Shown: one piece after another, positions 1 to 10,355 of the stretch
Layout of the letters: the number at the start of each line of letters is the position of its first letter
How positions within the stretch are numbered: the first letter of the stretch is position 1
Source: Candidatus Poseidoniaceae archaeon
Lineage (GTDB): Archaea; Thermoplasmatota; Poseidoniia; Poseidoniales; Poseidoniaceae
Direction: 5' to 3'
Length of the DNA: 64,000 bases
Assembly: GCA_938075675.1 (NCBI GenBank)
Contig: CALJHE010000022.1
Location: 8,135 to 72,134, forward strand
Notes under the pieces: generated by a model
What the model was told of the DNA's origin: nothing
What the model saw: only the letters and a program-made list of their open reading frames with translations
Database searches by the model: none
Program-made: the position numbers and the translations under genes

Positions 1-2
1 AA

Positions 3-323
3 CAGGGTAAAGCAGTCGAAAAACGACTCAGTCTGGCCAACGAAGGCGATGGAAACGGATACGAGCAAGCAATGCTCTCACTTGATTCCGCTCATTATGA
101 CTTAGATATAGCCCGCGGAGCTCTTGCTGACGGCAATGCGCCTGCGTTTGAAAGAGCGTTGGCGAGGGCAGAAGCGTATTTCATCGAGGCTGACCCTGCG
201 AACGATGACGGCTCAGGAGCAAGATTTGAAGATGAAGTGCCGCAAGGTCATGTGCTCACCTACGATACTACTGAAGAAGAGATTGCCTTTGTCGATTTAA
301 CTGTAAATGGCGAAGAAGAATGA
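3..323 (+). CDS. hypothetical protein, 5' partial
   Basis: Frame of ORF 72..323 stays open back to the window start (CAG GGT AAA GCA...); acidic C-terminus. Confidence 0.6.
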   Translation, partial: QGKAVEKRLSLANEGDGNGYEQAMLSLDSAHYDLDIARGALADGNAPAFERALARAEAYFIEADPANDDGSGARFEDEVPQGHVLTYDTTEEEIAFVDLTVNGEEE

Positions 324-379
324 CCTTCTTGGCCGCGTCGCGTTGATAAAGGGGTGGCAACTCGCAGACATTGGTCCAC

Positions 380-571
380 ATGGCTTCAAAGAAGAAATCC
401 GACGGTAGCGGTATTCAACAGGCTGCAGGTCTTATTCGATATTTCGACGAAGAATCTGAAGACGCTTGGAAGATTACTCCATTCCAGGTTTACGCTGCGT
501 GCATCGGGGTTGGGACATTCTTTTACCTTGTCAATCAAGGCGTTGTTCAATGGTTCATGGGCCTGTTCTGA
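380..571 (+). CDS. secG: preprotein translocase subunit Sec61beta (archaeal SecG)
   Basis: MASKKK...AGLIRYFDEE...KITP followed by one TM helix, the typical archaeal Sec61beta signature. Confidence 0.9.
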   Translation: MASKKKSDGSGIQQAAGLIRYFDEESEDAWKITPFQVYAACIGVGTFFYLVNQGVVQWFMGLF

Positions 572-573
572 AT

Positions 574-930
574 TCAAACAGGTTGAATCATCACGATTCG
601 GTTTTCCTTCTGCGCCATACACTGAGCAACTTTCATAGCAGTGTGCATGTCCGTTGTTCCACCGATTACTTTGACCTGGTCTCCTTCGTGAAGTATGAGT
701 TTGTGAGTAATGTTGTACAGTGTGCCTTCTTCAATACGTTCGAAAACCCAGTGTTCATTTTCGATCCGGACCATAGCAGGGATTTCAACAAGAGGGCCCA
801 TCTGAGAACCTGTGGCTTGAGTACGGGCTTTGAGACCTTGAAGGTCACGTACTGGACTCCAATTCCTTCTTCGAACTGGTGCTCGTACTCGCTTGTTCTT
901 TGCTACGCCTTCTCTAAATGCTCTGCTCAT
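574..930 (-). CDS. hypothetical protein
   Basis: 118-aa ATG ORF filling the gap between secG and gcvH; no family recognised. Confidence 0.55.
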   Translation of the reverse strand: MSRAFREGVAKNKRVRAPVRRRNWSPVRDLQGLKARTQATGSQMGPLVEIPAMVRIENEHWVFERIEEGTLYNITHKLILHEGDQVKVIGGTTDMHTAMKVAQCMAQKENRIVMIQPV

Positions 931-1136
931 GAGGGTCCCATCCCTTGAAGCCGTTTGACTTCGTTTTGGAGCGAACTTGTTCTGCTAATAAGAACCGCGA
1001 CGGTTTCATTGGTTAATTGAGCGTTTTTCCGGCATTTACTTGCGAGGCATACCCGCAGGAGACGGGTGAAAGGACACTGATTTACATCGGTGAGTTCATC
1101 AAATACCGATGGTTGGAGAGTTATGGAGACGTCAAC

Positions 1137-1520
1137 ATGAGCGAGATTCCCGAAGGTCAATACTACACAAAAGAGCACGAATGGATACGCGTCGAAGGCG
1201 ACGAAGTGGTAATCGGAATCACGGACCACGCCCAAGATGCTCTCACTGACATTGTCTACATTGAACTGCCAGGCGAAGGTGAAACTCTTGCCGATATGGA
1301 CGAGTTCGCAATCGTCGAGTCTGTTAAGTCCGCATCTCCTATTTTCGCACCGCTTGCTGGTGAAATCACTGCAGTGAACGAAGCACTTGAAGACACTCCT
1401 GAACTCATGAATACCGACCCCTACGGCGAAGGTTGGATTGTGAAGATGAAGTTGGAGGACCCAAGTGCCGTTGAATCTCTCATGAGCGCTGCCGACTATA
1501 AGTCAGAAATTGGCGAGTGA
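1137..1520 (+). CDS. gcvH: glycine cleavage system H protein
   Basis: YTKEHEW, GITDHAQ, lipoyl-Lys motif VESVKSAS, NTDPYGEGW; GGAG upstream of ATG 1137. Confidence 0.95.
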   Translation: MSEIPEGQYYTKEHEWIRVEGDEVVIGITDHAQDALTDIVYIELPGEGETLADMDEFAIVESVKSASPIFAPLAGEITAVNEALEDTPELMNTDPYGEGWIVKMKLEDPSAVESLMSAADYKSEIGE

Positions 1521-2062
1521 AAAGTGTGAGCAGTGAACGCTGGAGCCTCTATGTTGACGGCTCTTGCCTGGGCAACCAAAACGTCGATGCATCAACACCT
1601 GCTGCTTGGGCGGTCGTTGTCGTAATTGGCGATAATGGGCTAGGCCGTGGAAGTGGCGAGTTGCATGAAGAATTTGCTGATGCGGTGATAACCGACCCAT
1701 CTCAGACTGATTTCATCGGTGCTGAGGTCGGTTCGAACAATACCGCTGAGCTTTCTGGTTTTGCAGCGGCACTCCGCTGGCTTCTCATCGAAGGCGGTGA
1801 TTTACCAGCAGTTGTCCGTGCAGACTCCCAGTATGCTGGTAACCTGGCATGCGGAGCATGGAAAGCAAAAGCAAACCGTGAACTTGTCGCACATGTTCAA
1901 TCGCTTTGGGACGCAGTAGCCGCACTGCGACCGCTCTCATGGGAGCACGTAAAGGCGCATCGAGGACATCGATGGAATGAACGCGCAGATCACCTCGCAC
2001 TTCGAAAAGCGCAGGGTGAGTTGCCAGTACCGCTAACCTTCTGGAAGCCTGGGCAGCGTTAG
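1517..2062 (+). CDS. rnhA: ribonuclease HI (bacterial/eukaryotic-like)
   Basis: YVDGS, SNNTAEL, ADSQY, HVKAH..NERAD: the four catalytic acidic residues are intact. Confidence 0.88.
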   Translation: MKSVSSERWSLYVDGSCLGNQNVDASTPAAWAVVVVIGDNGLGRGSGELHEEFADAVITDPSQTDFIGAEVGSNNTAELSGFAAALRWLLIEGGDLPAVVRADSQYAGNLACGAWKAKANRELVAHVQSLWDAVAALRPLSWEHVKAHRGHRWNERADHLALRKAQGELPVPLTFWKPGQR

Positions 2063-2925
2063 TTTTCATCAAGACGGGCCGTGAGCCAAGAACGGAACTC
2101 TTCACTCAGGTCGTTCCTTCGCAATGCATGATCCACTTGAGCTTGTAGCCAAGGAAGAGGTTTTCCCGAATCGTACCATTGATATCCGCTCAACTCGACA
2201 CCCAGTAATCCATCATGACTCATCCAATGCTGTTGTAAGGCAATGGACTGAAGTTCTCCGTGAGTTTGGACATCGTATTTTTCCAGCAGTGATTTGGCAT
2301 CAGAAGTGAAAAGATAACGACCACACATCACCAGATTCGAAGGGGCATCTTCAGGGTCGGGCTTCTCGCATATTTCCAATATCCGTTGGCCATCGAGACG
2401 TACTACCCCGTAGTTGGAAACCTCAGAGGGAGAAACTGGAAGAAGACCTACGCAGGGCAAACCATTGGATTGGAAGTGTTCGACCAGTTGTAGACTTGCA
2501 TTTGAGGGAGTGAATGCATGAGGTGGCGTGTGTTGATCCAACAGAATATTATCTCCAAGGAGGACCAAAAATGGACCGTCGATTGAGTCAAGGGCGCACT
2601 CAATTGCATTCCCAAGGCCAAGTGGTTCGTGTTGAATATGAACGTGAACTTCGACATCCGCAAACGGTGAAAGAAGCTGCGGGTCGAGATCTGGTCGGCG
2701 GTCCAAAAGCCAAGCATGGTCACCAAGTAGAGCGCTCATATCTTTGCGAGGAGAGGAAACAATATGCAGCCGTTCAACACCAGCGGTAACGGCTTCCCGG
2801 GCTAAGTGAACGAGGGCTGGAACATCGACTAAGGGGAGTGCTTCTTTGGGTACGGATGCGCTCGTTGGCAGCATTCGCGTCCCCAATCCAGCGGCAACAA
2901 GTAATGCATCCCGAACTGCCGTCAT
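2059..2925 (-). CDS. galU: UTP-glucose-1-phosphate uridylyltransferase / nucleotidyltransferase
   Basis: AAGLGTRMLP..PKE.LP, Q.EPLGLGNA, VLLGD, EKP motifs; start taken at MTAVRD. Confidence 0.8.
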   Translation of the reverse strand: MTAVRDALLVAAGLGTRMLPTSASVPKEALPLVDVPALVHLAREAVTAGVERLHIVSSPRKDMSALLGDHAWLLDRRPDLDPQLLSPFADVEVHVHIQHEPLGLGNAIECALDSIDGPFLVLLGDNILLDQHTPPHAFTPSNASLQLVEHFQSNGLPCVGLLPVSPSEVSNYGVVRLDGQRILEICEKPDPEDAPSNLVMCGRYLFTSDAKSLLEKYDVQTHGELQSIALQQHWMSHDGLLGVELSGYQWYDSGKPLPWLQAQVDHALRRNDLSEEFRSWLTARLDEN

Positions 2926-2977
2926 GATGGCTGCTGTGTGGCGTAGGCTTTCAAGCGTAGCCCTCCTACGGTCGCCC

Positions 2978-3400
2978 ATGGGCAGAACTGTTGAGTGGCG
3001 ATGGTTCGCCGTCGCAGGAATCATTCTTGTTGCTCAATCCTTTGTGGACATCACTCCTGAGGGCCCCTGGAACTCACGCTCTTTTTCACGAGGTATCGTT
3101 GGCCTTGTCGGACTTCTTCTGATCTATTTGAGTTGGTTTCGATGGGCTTTCGACAAAAAGGGTGTTGCACCGACTGTTAATCTGTGGAAGAACCCCAGTG
3201 AAACATGGCAGAATGTTCTCTTAGTCGGCCTTTCAATGATGGTGACGGTGAAGGTCCTTGTTTGGACTGGGAGCGATGCATATACACCTGAACCAACGGG
3301 CATGATACTCACCTTAGCGGGCAGTATGGTAACGCTCAACGCGATTTACGTTGGGCTGATAACAGTCGGACCACTCGCTAATCCAGACGAAGAAGAATAA
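2978..3400 (+). CDS. membrane protein (about 4 TM)
   Basis: Hydrophobic helices; ATG 2978 divergent from galU. Confidence 0.7.
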   Translation: MGRTVEWRWFAVAGIILVAQSFVDITPEGPWNSRSFSRGIVGLVGLLLIYLSWFRWAFDKKGVAPTVNLWKNPSETWQNVLLVGLSMMVTVKVLVWTGSDAYTPEPTGMILTLAGSMVTLNAIYVGLITVGPLANPDEEE

Positions 3401-3401
3401 T

Positions 3402-4886
3402 CTAATCATCGATAAAACCGAGTTCTTGATCAAGAAGTTCGTATGCATCTTCGAGGGAAGGTAGTTCACCCGAATCATCCATGTCGCTGAGTGGCGCTGG
3501 CGTAGGTGGTGGGGAAGTCGGTTGATCGCCCTCACCAGCAAACCATGCTTGCCAAAGGCTACTGCGTTCTGGTCTGCGGCGTGTAAGTGGCTCCCAAAGT
3601 GCTTCCAATTCACATCCTTGTTCACGGAAATCATTGAGCCGTGCTGCAAAGTGGTCCGGTGAAACTTCTTCCATCCGCATCAATAATTCACGCATTCGAG
3701 TTCGAACAACTTCATCGCCGTCTTGCCACAAGAGTGGGAGAAGGCGGCGTTCGTCTTCGGAGTATTGTTCAATGTAATCGCGTAAAAACGGAACCAAGTT
3801 TCGCCGTACAATTGGCAACGGATGGACTGCGAGTTCAGCCATTGTATCGGCCCAAAGTTCAGAATCAAGGAAACGGAGGTCGCCAACAGTTGCACTTGCA
3901 GCCGCTAAAACTCCTTCATCTTCATCTTTCAACATGTCATTGAGAAATGGAACTGCATCCCATTCGAGTCGCCGGAACATCCGTGTGAGAACGTCTGCCA
4001 TTCCTCTTCGAAGTAATTTTTCCTTGCGCTGGTGGAGGCGTTGAGCAAGTTCAAGGCCGGTATCTCGGTTGAATTCAATCGCTTTGGCAAGACACAATGT
4101 GACGCGTGCCGCAACCTCGGATTCAGTATCTGATGCTCGGCGTAGAAGCAAAGCAGTGAGATCCAATGGTTCGACAAGGTTCGGACGTTGAAGGAGTAAC
4201 CGAACCCATTCCATAAGCAGAAGGCGACGTTCAACTGAACCGTTCTCAAGTTTCTCCATGAGCCATTTTGCAGCCTCGACTCCAGCGTCGTGGGCAATAA
4301 CTCCGGTGTTACGAGGTATCACTGCGTGGGGGTTCCATTCAAGTTGATGCGGTCCAATGTCTGGTTGAGTGTGCCAGGTGCCTGGGCGCTCAGCGAGTGC
4401 AATGGATTCAATCAAGTGATACCCTTGGTGAACCGGTTGACCGTGCGGAACGGTAGACAAACCGTTGATGAGCGCAATTGCCAACCACCATCGATCCGTA
4501 TTGGGCGCTGTATGGTCGAAGGCCTGAGAAAGCCAATCGGTGGCGACCGTAAACAAAAGGCGTTCAGCAACTTTGTCTACACGGCGGTGGAGCCACTTTT
4601 GATGCACCTCAAACGGGTCATCGCTGAGATTCATTCGGTGGGGAACAATAAGGTCGACAACGGTGTTGAGATTCGCCTCAAACATTGCTCTGTCCATTTG
4701 CAATATTCCGAGGGCTTGCTCGGTGATCTTGGCTGGTGAACGAGGTTCGATTGGCGGGAAGTCGGGGTCGGTCACGGGCGGTTGTGGAAGTGGCCAAGCC
4801 ACTGTTCCTCTTTCCATTGCTCGAAGAAGACCAGTTTCGACCGCTTCAAAGACGCGGTCTGACAACTTCATACGTTCTCTACCCAT
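3402..4886 (-). CDS. HEAT/ARM-repeat-like protein
   Basis: 494 aa; C-terminal half has DEDEGVLAAA, LPIVRRNL, DGDEVVRTR HEAT-like repeats. Confidence 0.6.
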   Translation of the reverse strand: MGRERMKLSDRVFEAVETGLLRAMERGTVAWPLPQPPVTDPDFPPIEPRSPAKITEQALGILQMDRAMFEANLNTVVDLIVPHRMNLSDDPFEVHQKWLHRRVDKVAERLLFTVATDWLSQAFDHTAPNTDRWWLAIALINGLSTVPHGQPVHQGYHLIESIALAERPGTWHTQPDIGPHQLEWNPHAVIPRNTGVIAHDAGVEAAKWLMEKLENGSVERRLLLMEWVRLLLQRPNLVEPLDLTALLLRRASDTESEVAARVTLCLAKAIEFNRDTGLELAQRLHQRKEKLLRRGMADVLTRMFRRLEWDAVPFLNDMLKDEDEGVLAAASATVGDLRFLDSELWADTMAELAVHPLPIVRRNLVPFLRDYIEQYSEDERRLLPLLWQDGDEVVRTRMRELLMRMEEVSPDHFAARLNDFREQGCELEALWEPLTRRRPERSSLWQAWFAGEGDQPTSPPPTPAPLSDMDDSGELPSLEDAYELLDQELGFIDD

Positions 4887-4916
4887 GATGAAACCTCAAG
4901 GAATCAAATAGAGCAA

Positions 4917-5843
4917 TCAGATGTCAAGTTCAATGTTCAAGTTCTGAATCAATTCCTTGTAGCGGTTACGGATGGTAACTTCCGTAACGCCAGCAACTTC
5001 AGCAACTTCACGTTGGGTTCTTCGCTTACCGCAGAGTACGGATGCGATATAGATGATCGATGCTGCAATACCGGTTGGGCCACGGCCGCTGGTCAGTTCC
5101 TTTTCTTGAGCTGCTTTGATTAATTCGTATGCTTTTGCTTCAACTTCAGCATCTAATCCAAGTCCAGAACAGAATCGAGAGATGTAGTCTTCAGGGCCTG
5201 TTGGCATGATTTTCATCTTCAATTCCCGAACCATGAAACGGTAGGTTCGTCCGATTTCCTTGCGCCCAGTTCTGGAAGCTTGTCCGATTTCATCGAGCGT
5301 ACGAGGCACTCCACATTGGCGGCAAGCGGCATACAGAGATGCTGCAGCAACACCTTCAATGGAACGACCACGAATCAAACGCTTGTCGACTGCTTTCTTG
5401 TAATTGACTGCTGCAGCTTCACGAACTGATTTTGGTAGTTCGAGTCGGCTTGCCATTCTGTCGAGTTCAGCCAAAGCCATTGCGAGATTGCGTTCTGTTG
5501 CGTTCGAAACACGGCTTCTCTTTTGCCACTTACGCATTCGGTAGAATTGCGAACGGTAGCGTGAATTGATGGTTTTACCGGAATAATCTTTGTTCTGCCA
5601 GTCGATATCTGTCGACAGACCTTTGTCGTGAAGCATAACCGTCATTGGAGCACCTGTACGGGCACGTTGGTCTCCTTGTTCAGGAGAGAAAACACGCCAT
5701 TCAGCGCCTTGGTCGATGACATTGTCTTCTAAAACCAAACCACAGTCGTCACAAATGACTTCACCGCGTGTTTCGTCGCGGGTTAAATTTCGACTTGCGC
5801 AGTCGCTGCATTTTACGATATCTTCTACTTGTTGCTCATCCAT
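4917..5843 (-). CDS. tfb: transcription initiation factor IIB
   Basis: Zn ribbon CxxC..CxxCG, EWRVF, HDKGLST, two cyclin repeats, [13 protein letters not shown]. Confidence 0.98.
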   Translation of the reverse strand: MDEQQVEDIVKCSDCASRNLTRDETRGEVICDDCGLVLEDNVIDQGAEWRVFSPEQGDQRARTGAPMTVMLHDKGLSTDIDWQNKDYSGKTINSRYRSQFYRMRKWQKRSRVSNATERNLAMALAELDRMASRLELPKSVREAAAVNYKKAVDKRLIRGRSIEGVAAASLYAACRQCGVPRTLDEIGQASRTGRKEIGRTYRFMVRELKMKIMPTGPEDYISRFCSGLGLDAEVEAKAYELIKAAQEKELTSGRGPTGIAASIIYIASVLCGKRRTQREVAEVAGVTEVTIRNRYKELIQNLNIELDI

Positions 5844-6064
5844 GTATATTCCTCATTTTACTCCCTTGCCGAGCATCAACGCTCAACTCACTAGAGAACT
5901 TTATTATACTCCGACAAGTAATGGTATTTAAAGTCATGCGGATTATAGTATAAAGTTAAGTACACAGAAAAGAGAAGAGACTCGCTTGTTCGCCTTAAGA
6001 AACCAAATATTCCTCCCGAACCGGTTATGAACACTGAGCGCTTGAAAGGGTTTGAGGGCGAAAG
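5844..6064. promoter_or_regulatory. divergent promoter region between tfb and the aconitase-family gene
   Basis: AT-rich TATA-like tracts (TTTATTATA, TATTTAAA, TATAAA) and TTGAAA at 6042-6047. Confidence 0.4.
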
Positions 6065-8053
6065 ATGAGAGGACAGTGGCCGCCAGCAAAAGTTGCTCTA
6101 AACGCTGAAAAAAGGGTTCTTTTCCTCACAAAAGACCTCGACCTCATCAGACGGCAACTGTACGATGGCCTCAATCTCAAGATGAAAGACCTCACCATCG
6201 ACGATTTACTTGACGATATCAACACCGACGTGATGACGCCTGCTTGGGTATGTTTCGATCATGACCCTGCTGAAATTGCAAAGAACGCTTACGCAGGACT
6301 GATGCACAACGGCTTGAGAGTCTTCAATGAAAACGCACTCAAGAACGGAAATTTTGAAGTGATTGTGTCTGGTCAACGCAAAGGGACTGGGTCTTCACGA
6401 GAGACTGCTGCTCAATGTGAACGCTGGGCAGGAATCAATATCGTTATCGCTGCATCATTCGCTCCAATCCATGAACGAAACAACATCAATCTTGGACAAA
6501 TAATGGGCGATCATGCTATGCTCGAAAGACTTCAAGAGGGTGAAGAAATTGACTTGTCAGAATTTACCAGCCAATACGATGAAGTCACTCAAATCATCCT
6601 CGAAAAAGGTGGTCTGTTTCCTTTCGCCAAATCACTCAAGGCGGGAGAAATCAAACTTCCCGCAATTGAAACACCGCCACGCGCAATGACAATGGCTGAG
6701 AAAATCATCGCCCGGAACCTTGTCGGTCAAGATGATGGACAATGCGTCAAACCCGAAGACCCTGTCATTGCCCAAGTCCAAGGGGGCTACTCTCACGAGT
6801 TTACAACCGCTCAAGTCCATACCTTCTTGCAGGAAGAATACGGCAGAGAATACTCCTTGCCGAACCCTGGTAAGTTCGCTGTGTTCGAAGATCATCTGCT
6901 TTATGCACACCACAACCCTAAATTCGTCCCCTTTATGGACAAAGTACAGACATTAAGAGATTTGCAAATTGCGTTCCAACAGCACACTGAGGTGCGTGAT
7001 TATTCTGCGAAAGATGGTGTTTCGCCTGGCATTTGCCACCAGGTAGCGCGTGAAGAGTTCATCGAAGTTGGGGATTTCATCCAAGCAACAGATTCCCACA
7101 CCTGCATGGGCGGAGCTTCAAATGCCCTGACATGGGGCGTAGGTGCGACAGAATACGCCAACCTCATCAGCGCTGGATTCACTTTTGTGAAAGTTCCAGA
7201 ATCGATTCGATTTGATCTCCAGGGCACGCTTGCACCCGGATGTACTGCAAAAGACGTCATCCTCTACATTCTCGCCGACCATGCGCGCAAGGAGCTTACC
7301 CTGAACCGCAGCATGGAATTCGGTGGCCCAGGACTTGCTGGTTTGTCGGTTGACGAGAGGGCAACCTTGTGCAACATGGCGACTGAATGTTCTGGCCGAA
7401 CTGGCATTTGCGAAGCTGACGACTTGCTCTACGACTGGATGATTGCTGCTCAACCGCACCTTGATATTGAAACTCAGAAGGCACTCGCTGTCCACCCTGA
7501 CCGAGGCGCACACTACGATGGCGGCGTTCACATCATCAACATGTCAGAAATTCAACCGATGGTTGCACATCCGGGCGACCCGGACAAAGGAATCCCGAGT
7601 GACCCAACGAATGGAGCAGATGTGGCCGATATCGGTAGCGTCTCAATCGACATCGCCTATGGAGGGTCATGTACTGCTGGTAAAGCGGACGATGTTGCCT
7701 ACTATGCTCAAGTTTGCAAAGCGGCTGAAGAGGCTGGACTTGTCGTCAAAGACGGCGTGGATTTCTACATCCAATACGGCTCAGGCATTGTCAAGGACCT
7801 GGCAGTTCGAGAAGGATGGCATGATTTGTTTGGGCGAGTTGGTGTCAAACTCATCGACCCCGGCTGCGGTGCATGTATTGGTGCAGGCCCTGGTGTATCC
7901 ATCACTCCTGAACAAGTGACGGTTTCAGCCATAAATCGCAACTTCCAAGGACGTTCTGGGCCTGGAAAGCTCTATCTTGCTAGCCCGCTAACAGTCGCTG
8001 CATCTGCTTTCACAGGAATCATCACATCATGGGATGAAAACATGTTTAGTTGA
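6065..8053 (+). CDS. aconitase-family dehydratase, swivel (LeuD-like) domain fused N-terminal to the large (LeuC-like) domain
   Basis: DDINTD, GTGSSRE, N.INLG swivel motifs, then FEDH, GICHQ, DSHT, GGSCT, PGCGAC, NRNF.GR. Confidence 0.85.
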   Translation: MRGQWPPAKVALNAEKRVLFLTKDLDLIRRQLYDGLNLKMKDLTIDDLLDDINTDVMTPAWVCFDHDPAEIAKNAYAGLMHNGLRVFNENALKNGNFEVIVSGQRKGTGSSRETAAQCERWAGINIVIAASFAPIHERNNINLGQIMGDHAMLERLQEGEEIDLSEFTSQYDEVTQIILEKGGLFPFAKSLKAGEIKLPAIETPPRAMTMAEKIIARNLVGQDDGQCVKPEDPVIAQVQGGYSHEFTTAQVHTFLQEEYGREYSLPNPGKFAVFEDHLLYAHHNPKFVPFMDKVQTLRDLQIAFQQHTEVRDYSAKDGVSPGICHQVAREEFIEVGDFIQATDSHTCMGGASNALTWGVGATEYANLISAGFTFVKVPESIRFDLQGTLAPGCTAKDVILYILADHARKELTLNRSMEFGGPGLAGLSVDERATLCNMATECSGRTGICEADDLLYDWMIAAQPHLDIETQKALAVHPDRGAHYDGGVHIINMSEIQPMVAHPGDPDKGIPSDPTNGADVADIGSVSIDIAYGGSCTAGKADDVAYYAQVCKAAEEAGLVVKDGVDFYIQYGSGIVKDLAVREGWHDLFGRVGVKLIDPGCGACIGAGPGVSITPEQVTVSAINRNFQGRSGPGKLYLASPLTVAASAFTGIITSWDENMFS

Positions 8054-8237
8054 GCGCAGGACCCGTCTTTCGAGTCGAATCTCATCTTAGGAAATCTCAG
8101 TGCTTCTCATCGGTTCTCAAATCGTAATCGTTGATGAAGCGGAGTCTTAGACATTAAGAACCGTCGGTAAGCAAGGTTACTTACCACGTAGGCCCGACGT
8201 CATTCGGACGAAGGAGGACCTGGTTGGAGGAAGTCCC

Positions 8238-10355
8238 ATGTCTGGCATAGCACAAAAACTCGCGTCAAACCAAAAGCAAGTCGCCATTTCTGAGTTTTTT
8301 GAGAAAAACAAACACTTCCTCGGATTTGACTCGCTCGCTCGTTCACTCATCACTGCAGTGAAAGAAGCCGTAGATAACGCCCTTGACGCATGTGAAGAAG
8401 CTCGAATCTTACCAACCATTCGCATTCAAATTACAAAGTTAGATCCAAAGAAGGACATCATCAAACTCATTGTCGAAGACAACGGACCTGGAATCCCACA
8501 AAAAAGCATTGAGAAAGTCTTCGGACAGTTACTGTTCGGTTCTCGTTTCCACGCCATACGGCAATCCCGTGGACAGCAAGGTATCGGAATTACCGGTGTC
8601 GTCATGTATTGTCAACTCACCACCGGCCGAACGACCCACGTTCGCTCAAAAATTGCCACTGAGCCAACAGCCGCCATCGTAGATATCGGCCTCGATACCA
8701 GAAAAAACAAGGCCACGAAAGCAAACGCAGGACGTGAAATGTGGTACAATGAAGATGGCAGTTCCAAAGAACATGGCACCGAAATCACCGCACAAATGAA
8801 AGCGAAATACCAGAAAGGCCGTCAAAGCGTTTGGCAATACCTTCGCATGACAAGTATCGTCAACCCCCACGCAGAAATTATCTTTATCGACCCTGATGGC
8901 GAGAAACATCATTGGACACGAGTGACTGAGCGCTTACCAACCAAGGTCGAAAGCATCAAGCCACACCCACACGGCATTGAACTGGGCCAGTTACAGAGAA
9001 TGGTAGCAGAATCCAACGATCTGAATTTGAACCATTTCCTCTTGAATAATTTCTCTGGCGTAACTAACCGTGCTCGCAAGGAATTATGTCAAGCAGCAGA
9101 ATTGGAAGGCACAAGGAAAATGAAAACCCTCAAGGGCGATGACATACGGAATCTTTTGGAAGCGTTCCAAGGAGAACGGTTGTTCAATGGACAACCGGCA
9201 AAATTGCTCAAACCCCCAACCAATTGTCTATCGCCAATCGAAGAAATCCTCATCAAAAAGGGATTATCGAAAACCATTGACTCCCGTTTCGTAACAACTC
9301 TAACACGGGTCCCCAACGTTACGCAGGGCAATCCTTTCCAAGTCGAAGTCGGTTTAATTTTCGGCGGTTCAATGGCAGGTGACAAACCCGTGGAGATTCT
9401 GAGGTTTGCGAACCGAGTTCCGCTCATGTACCAACAAGGTGGATGTTTACTCACCAAAGCAATCGAGAGTGTTGACTGGCGACAATACGGGTTAGACCAG
9501 GCCGGCGGTAAAGGCGTACCAAAGGGCCCTGCTGCGATTCTCGTTCACCTCGCAAGTACGAACGTCCAATTCACATCTGAAGCAAAAGAAGCGCTTGCTG
9601 ACAACGGCGAAGTTATGGAGGAAGCCCGTAAAGCTATGCTGGAAATGGGAAGAGGCTTGAGAAAGCATTTGGAAAAGAAAAAGAAGATGGCAAAGACGAA
9701 GGAAAAGTTCGAACTCATTAACGATATCTTGCCAGCGATTGCAGAGAAATCTGCTCAACTGCTGAACCGTCCAGTCCCTGAACTCTCTGGCTCGATAACC
9801 AAAATCATGTCAGCCGTAATCAGTGAATCCACAACCGTATGGAATAAAGAAACTAAGCAGACCGATGTTGATATTGTTCTGTTCAATTATACCACTCGGC
9901 CGCGTGCCTATACCATCCTAGCAACATGGCCTGAGAAGGCGGGTGCTAAGATGGAAAACAACGATACTGGGGGGCGGAAAGAAGCACTCGGAGTATGGGC
10001 TTGGAAACTCGAAGCCTTGCAACCAGGAGAAAGGAAAAACATCACTTACAGCCTAAGTGGGCTTGAACGCGGAGATTGGACAGATACTGAGATTCTGTTC
10101 CGAGGAGCGCAAGATGTAATTGGGGCGACAAAAATGGATGAAAAGTTCTTGCAAGAAATTCGTCGACAAGAGCAGTTATTGCTTGAAGATGAAAGTGGGG
10201 GTGCTCAATCCGAGCCAACCACGAAGGAATCTTCCCCCGAACCAACTCCCAAAGTAGCCCCAATTGCAGAAACTCCACCCGTTGCTGCTGAAATTGTTGA
10301 GCCTGCCGTTGCGCCCCCAGAGGGCCAACGTACTTTGTTTGGAGGTGATGTTTGA
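8238..10355 (+). CDS. top6B: DNA topoisomerase VI subunit B
   Basis: EFFEKN, KEAVDNALDA, EDNGPGI, QSRGQQGIGI, RFANRVPL. Confidence 0.97.
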   Translation: MSGIAQKLASNQKQVAISEFFEKNKHFLGFDSLARSLITAVKEAVDNALDACEEARILPTIRIQITKLDPKKDIIKLIVEDNGPGIPQKSIEKVFGQLLFGSRFHAIRQSRGQQGIGITGVVMYCQLTTGRTTHVRSKIATEPTAAIVDIGLDTRKNKATKANAGREMWYNEDGSSKEHGTEITAQMKAKYQKGRQSVWQYLRMTSIVNPHAEIIFIDPDGEKHHWTRVTERLPTKVESIKPHPHGIELGQLQRMVAESNDLNLNHFLLNNFSGVTNRARKELCQAAELEGTRKMKTLKGDDIRNLLEAFQGERLFNGQPAKLLKPPTNCLSPIEEILIKKGLSKTIDSRFVTTLTRVPNVTQGNPFQVEVGLIFGGSMAGDKPVEILRFANRVPLMYQQGGCLLTKAIESVDWRQYGLDQAGGKGVPKGPAAILVHLASTNVQFTSEAKEALADNGEVMEEARKAMLEMGRGLRKHLEKKKKMAKTKEKFELINDILPAIAEKSAQLLNRPVPELSGSITKIMSAVISESTTVWNKETKQTDVDIVLFNYTTRPRAYTILATWPEKAGAKMENNDTGGRKEALGVWAWKLEALQPGERKNITYSLSGLERGDWTDTEILFRGAQDVIGATKMDEKFLQEIRRQEQLLLEDESGGAQSEPTTKESSPEPTPKVAPIAETPPVAAEIVEPAVAPPEGQRTLFGGDV

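Noticed and set aside
1040-1136. Possible glycine riboswitch upstream of gcvH (GGAGA, GAAAGGAC, hairpins ACCCG/CGGGT and CATCGGT/ACCGATG)
   Set aside because: The core CCGAAG and CTCTCAGG elements are missing; the short stems could be chance
9830-10355. C-terminal extension of Topo VI B
   Set aside because: An Ig-like C-terminal domain is already known in euryarchaeal Top6B
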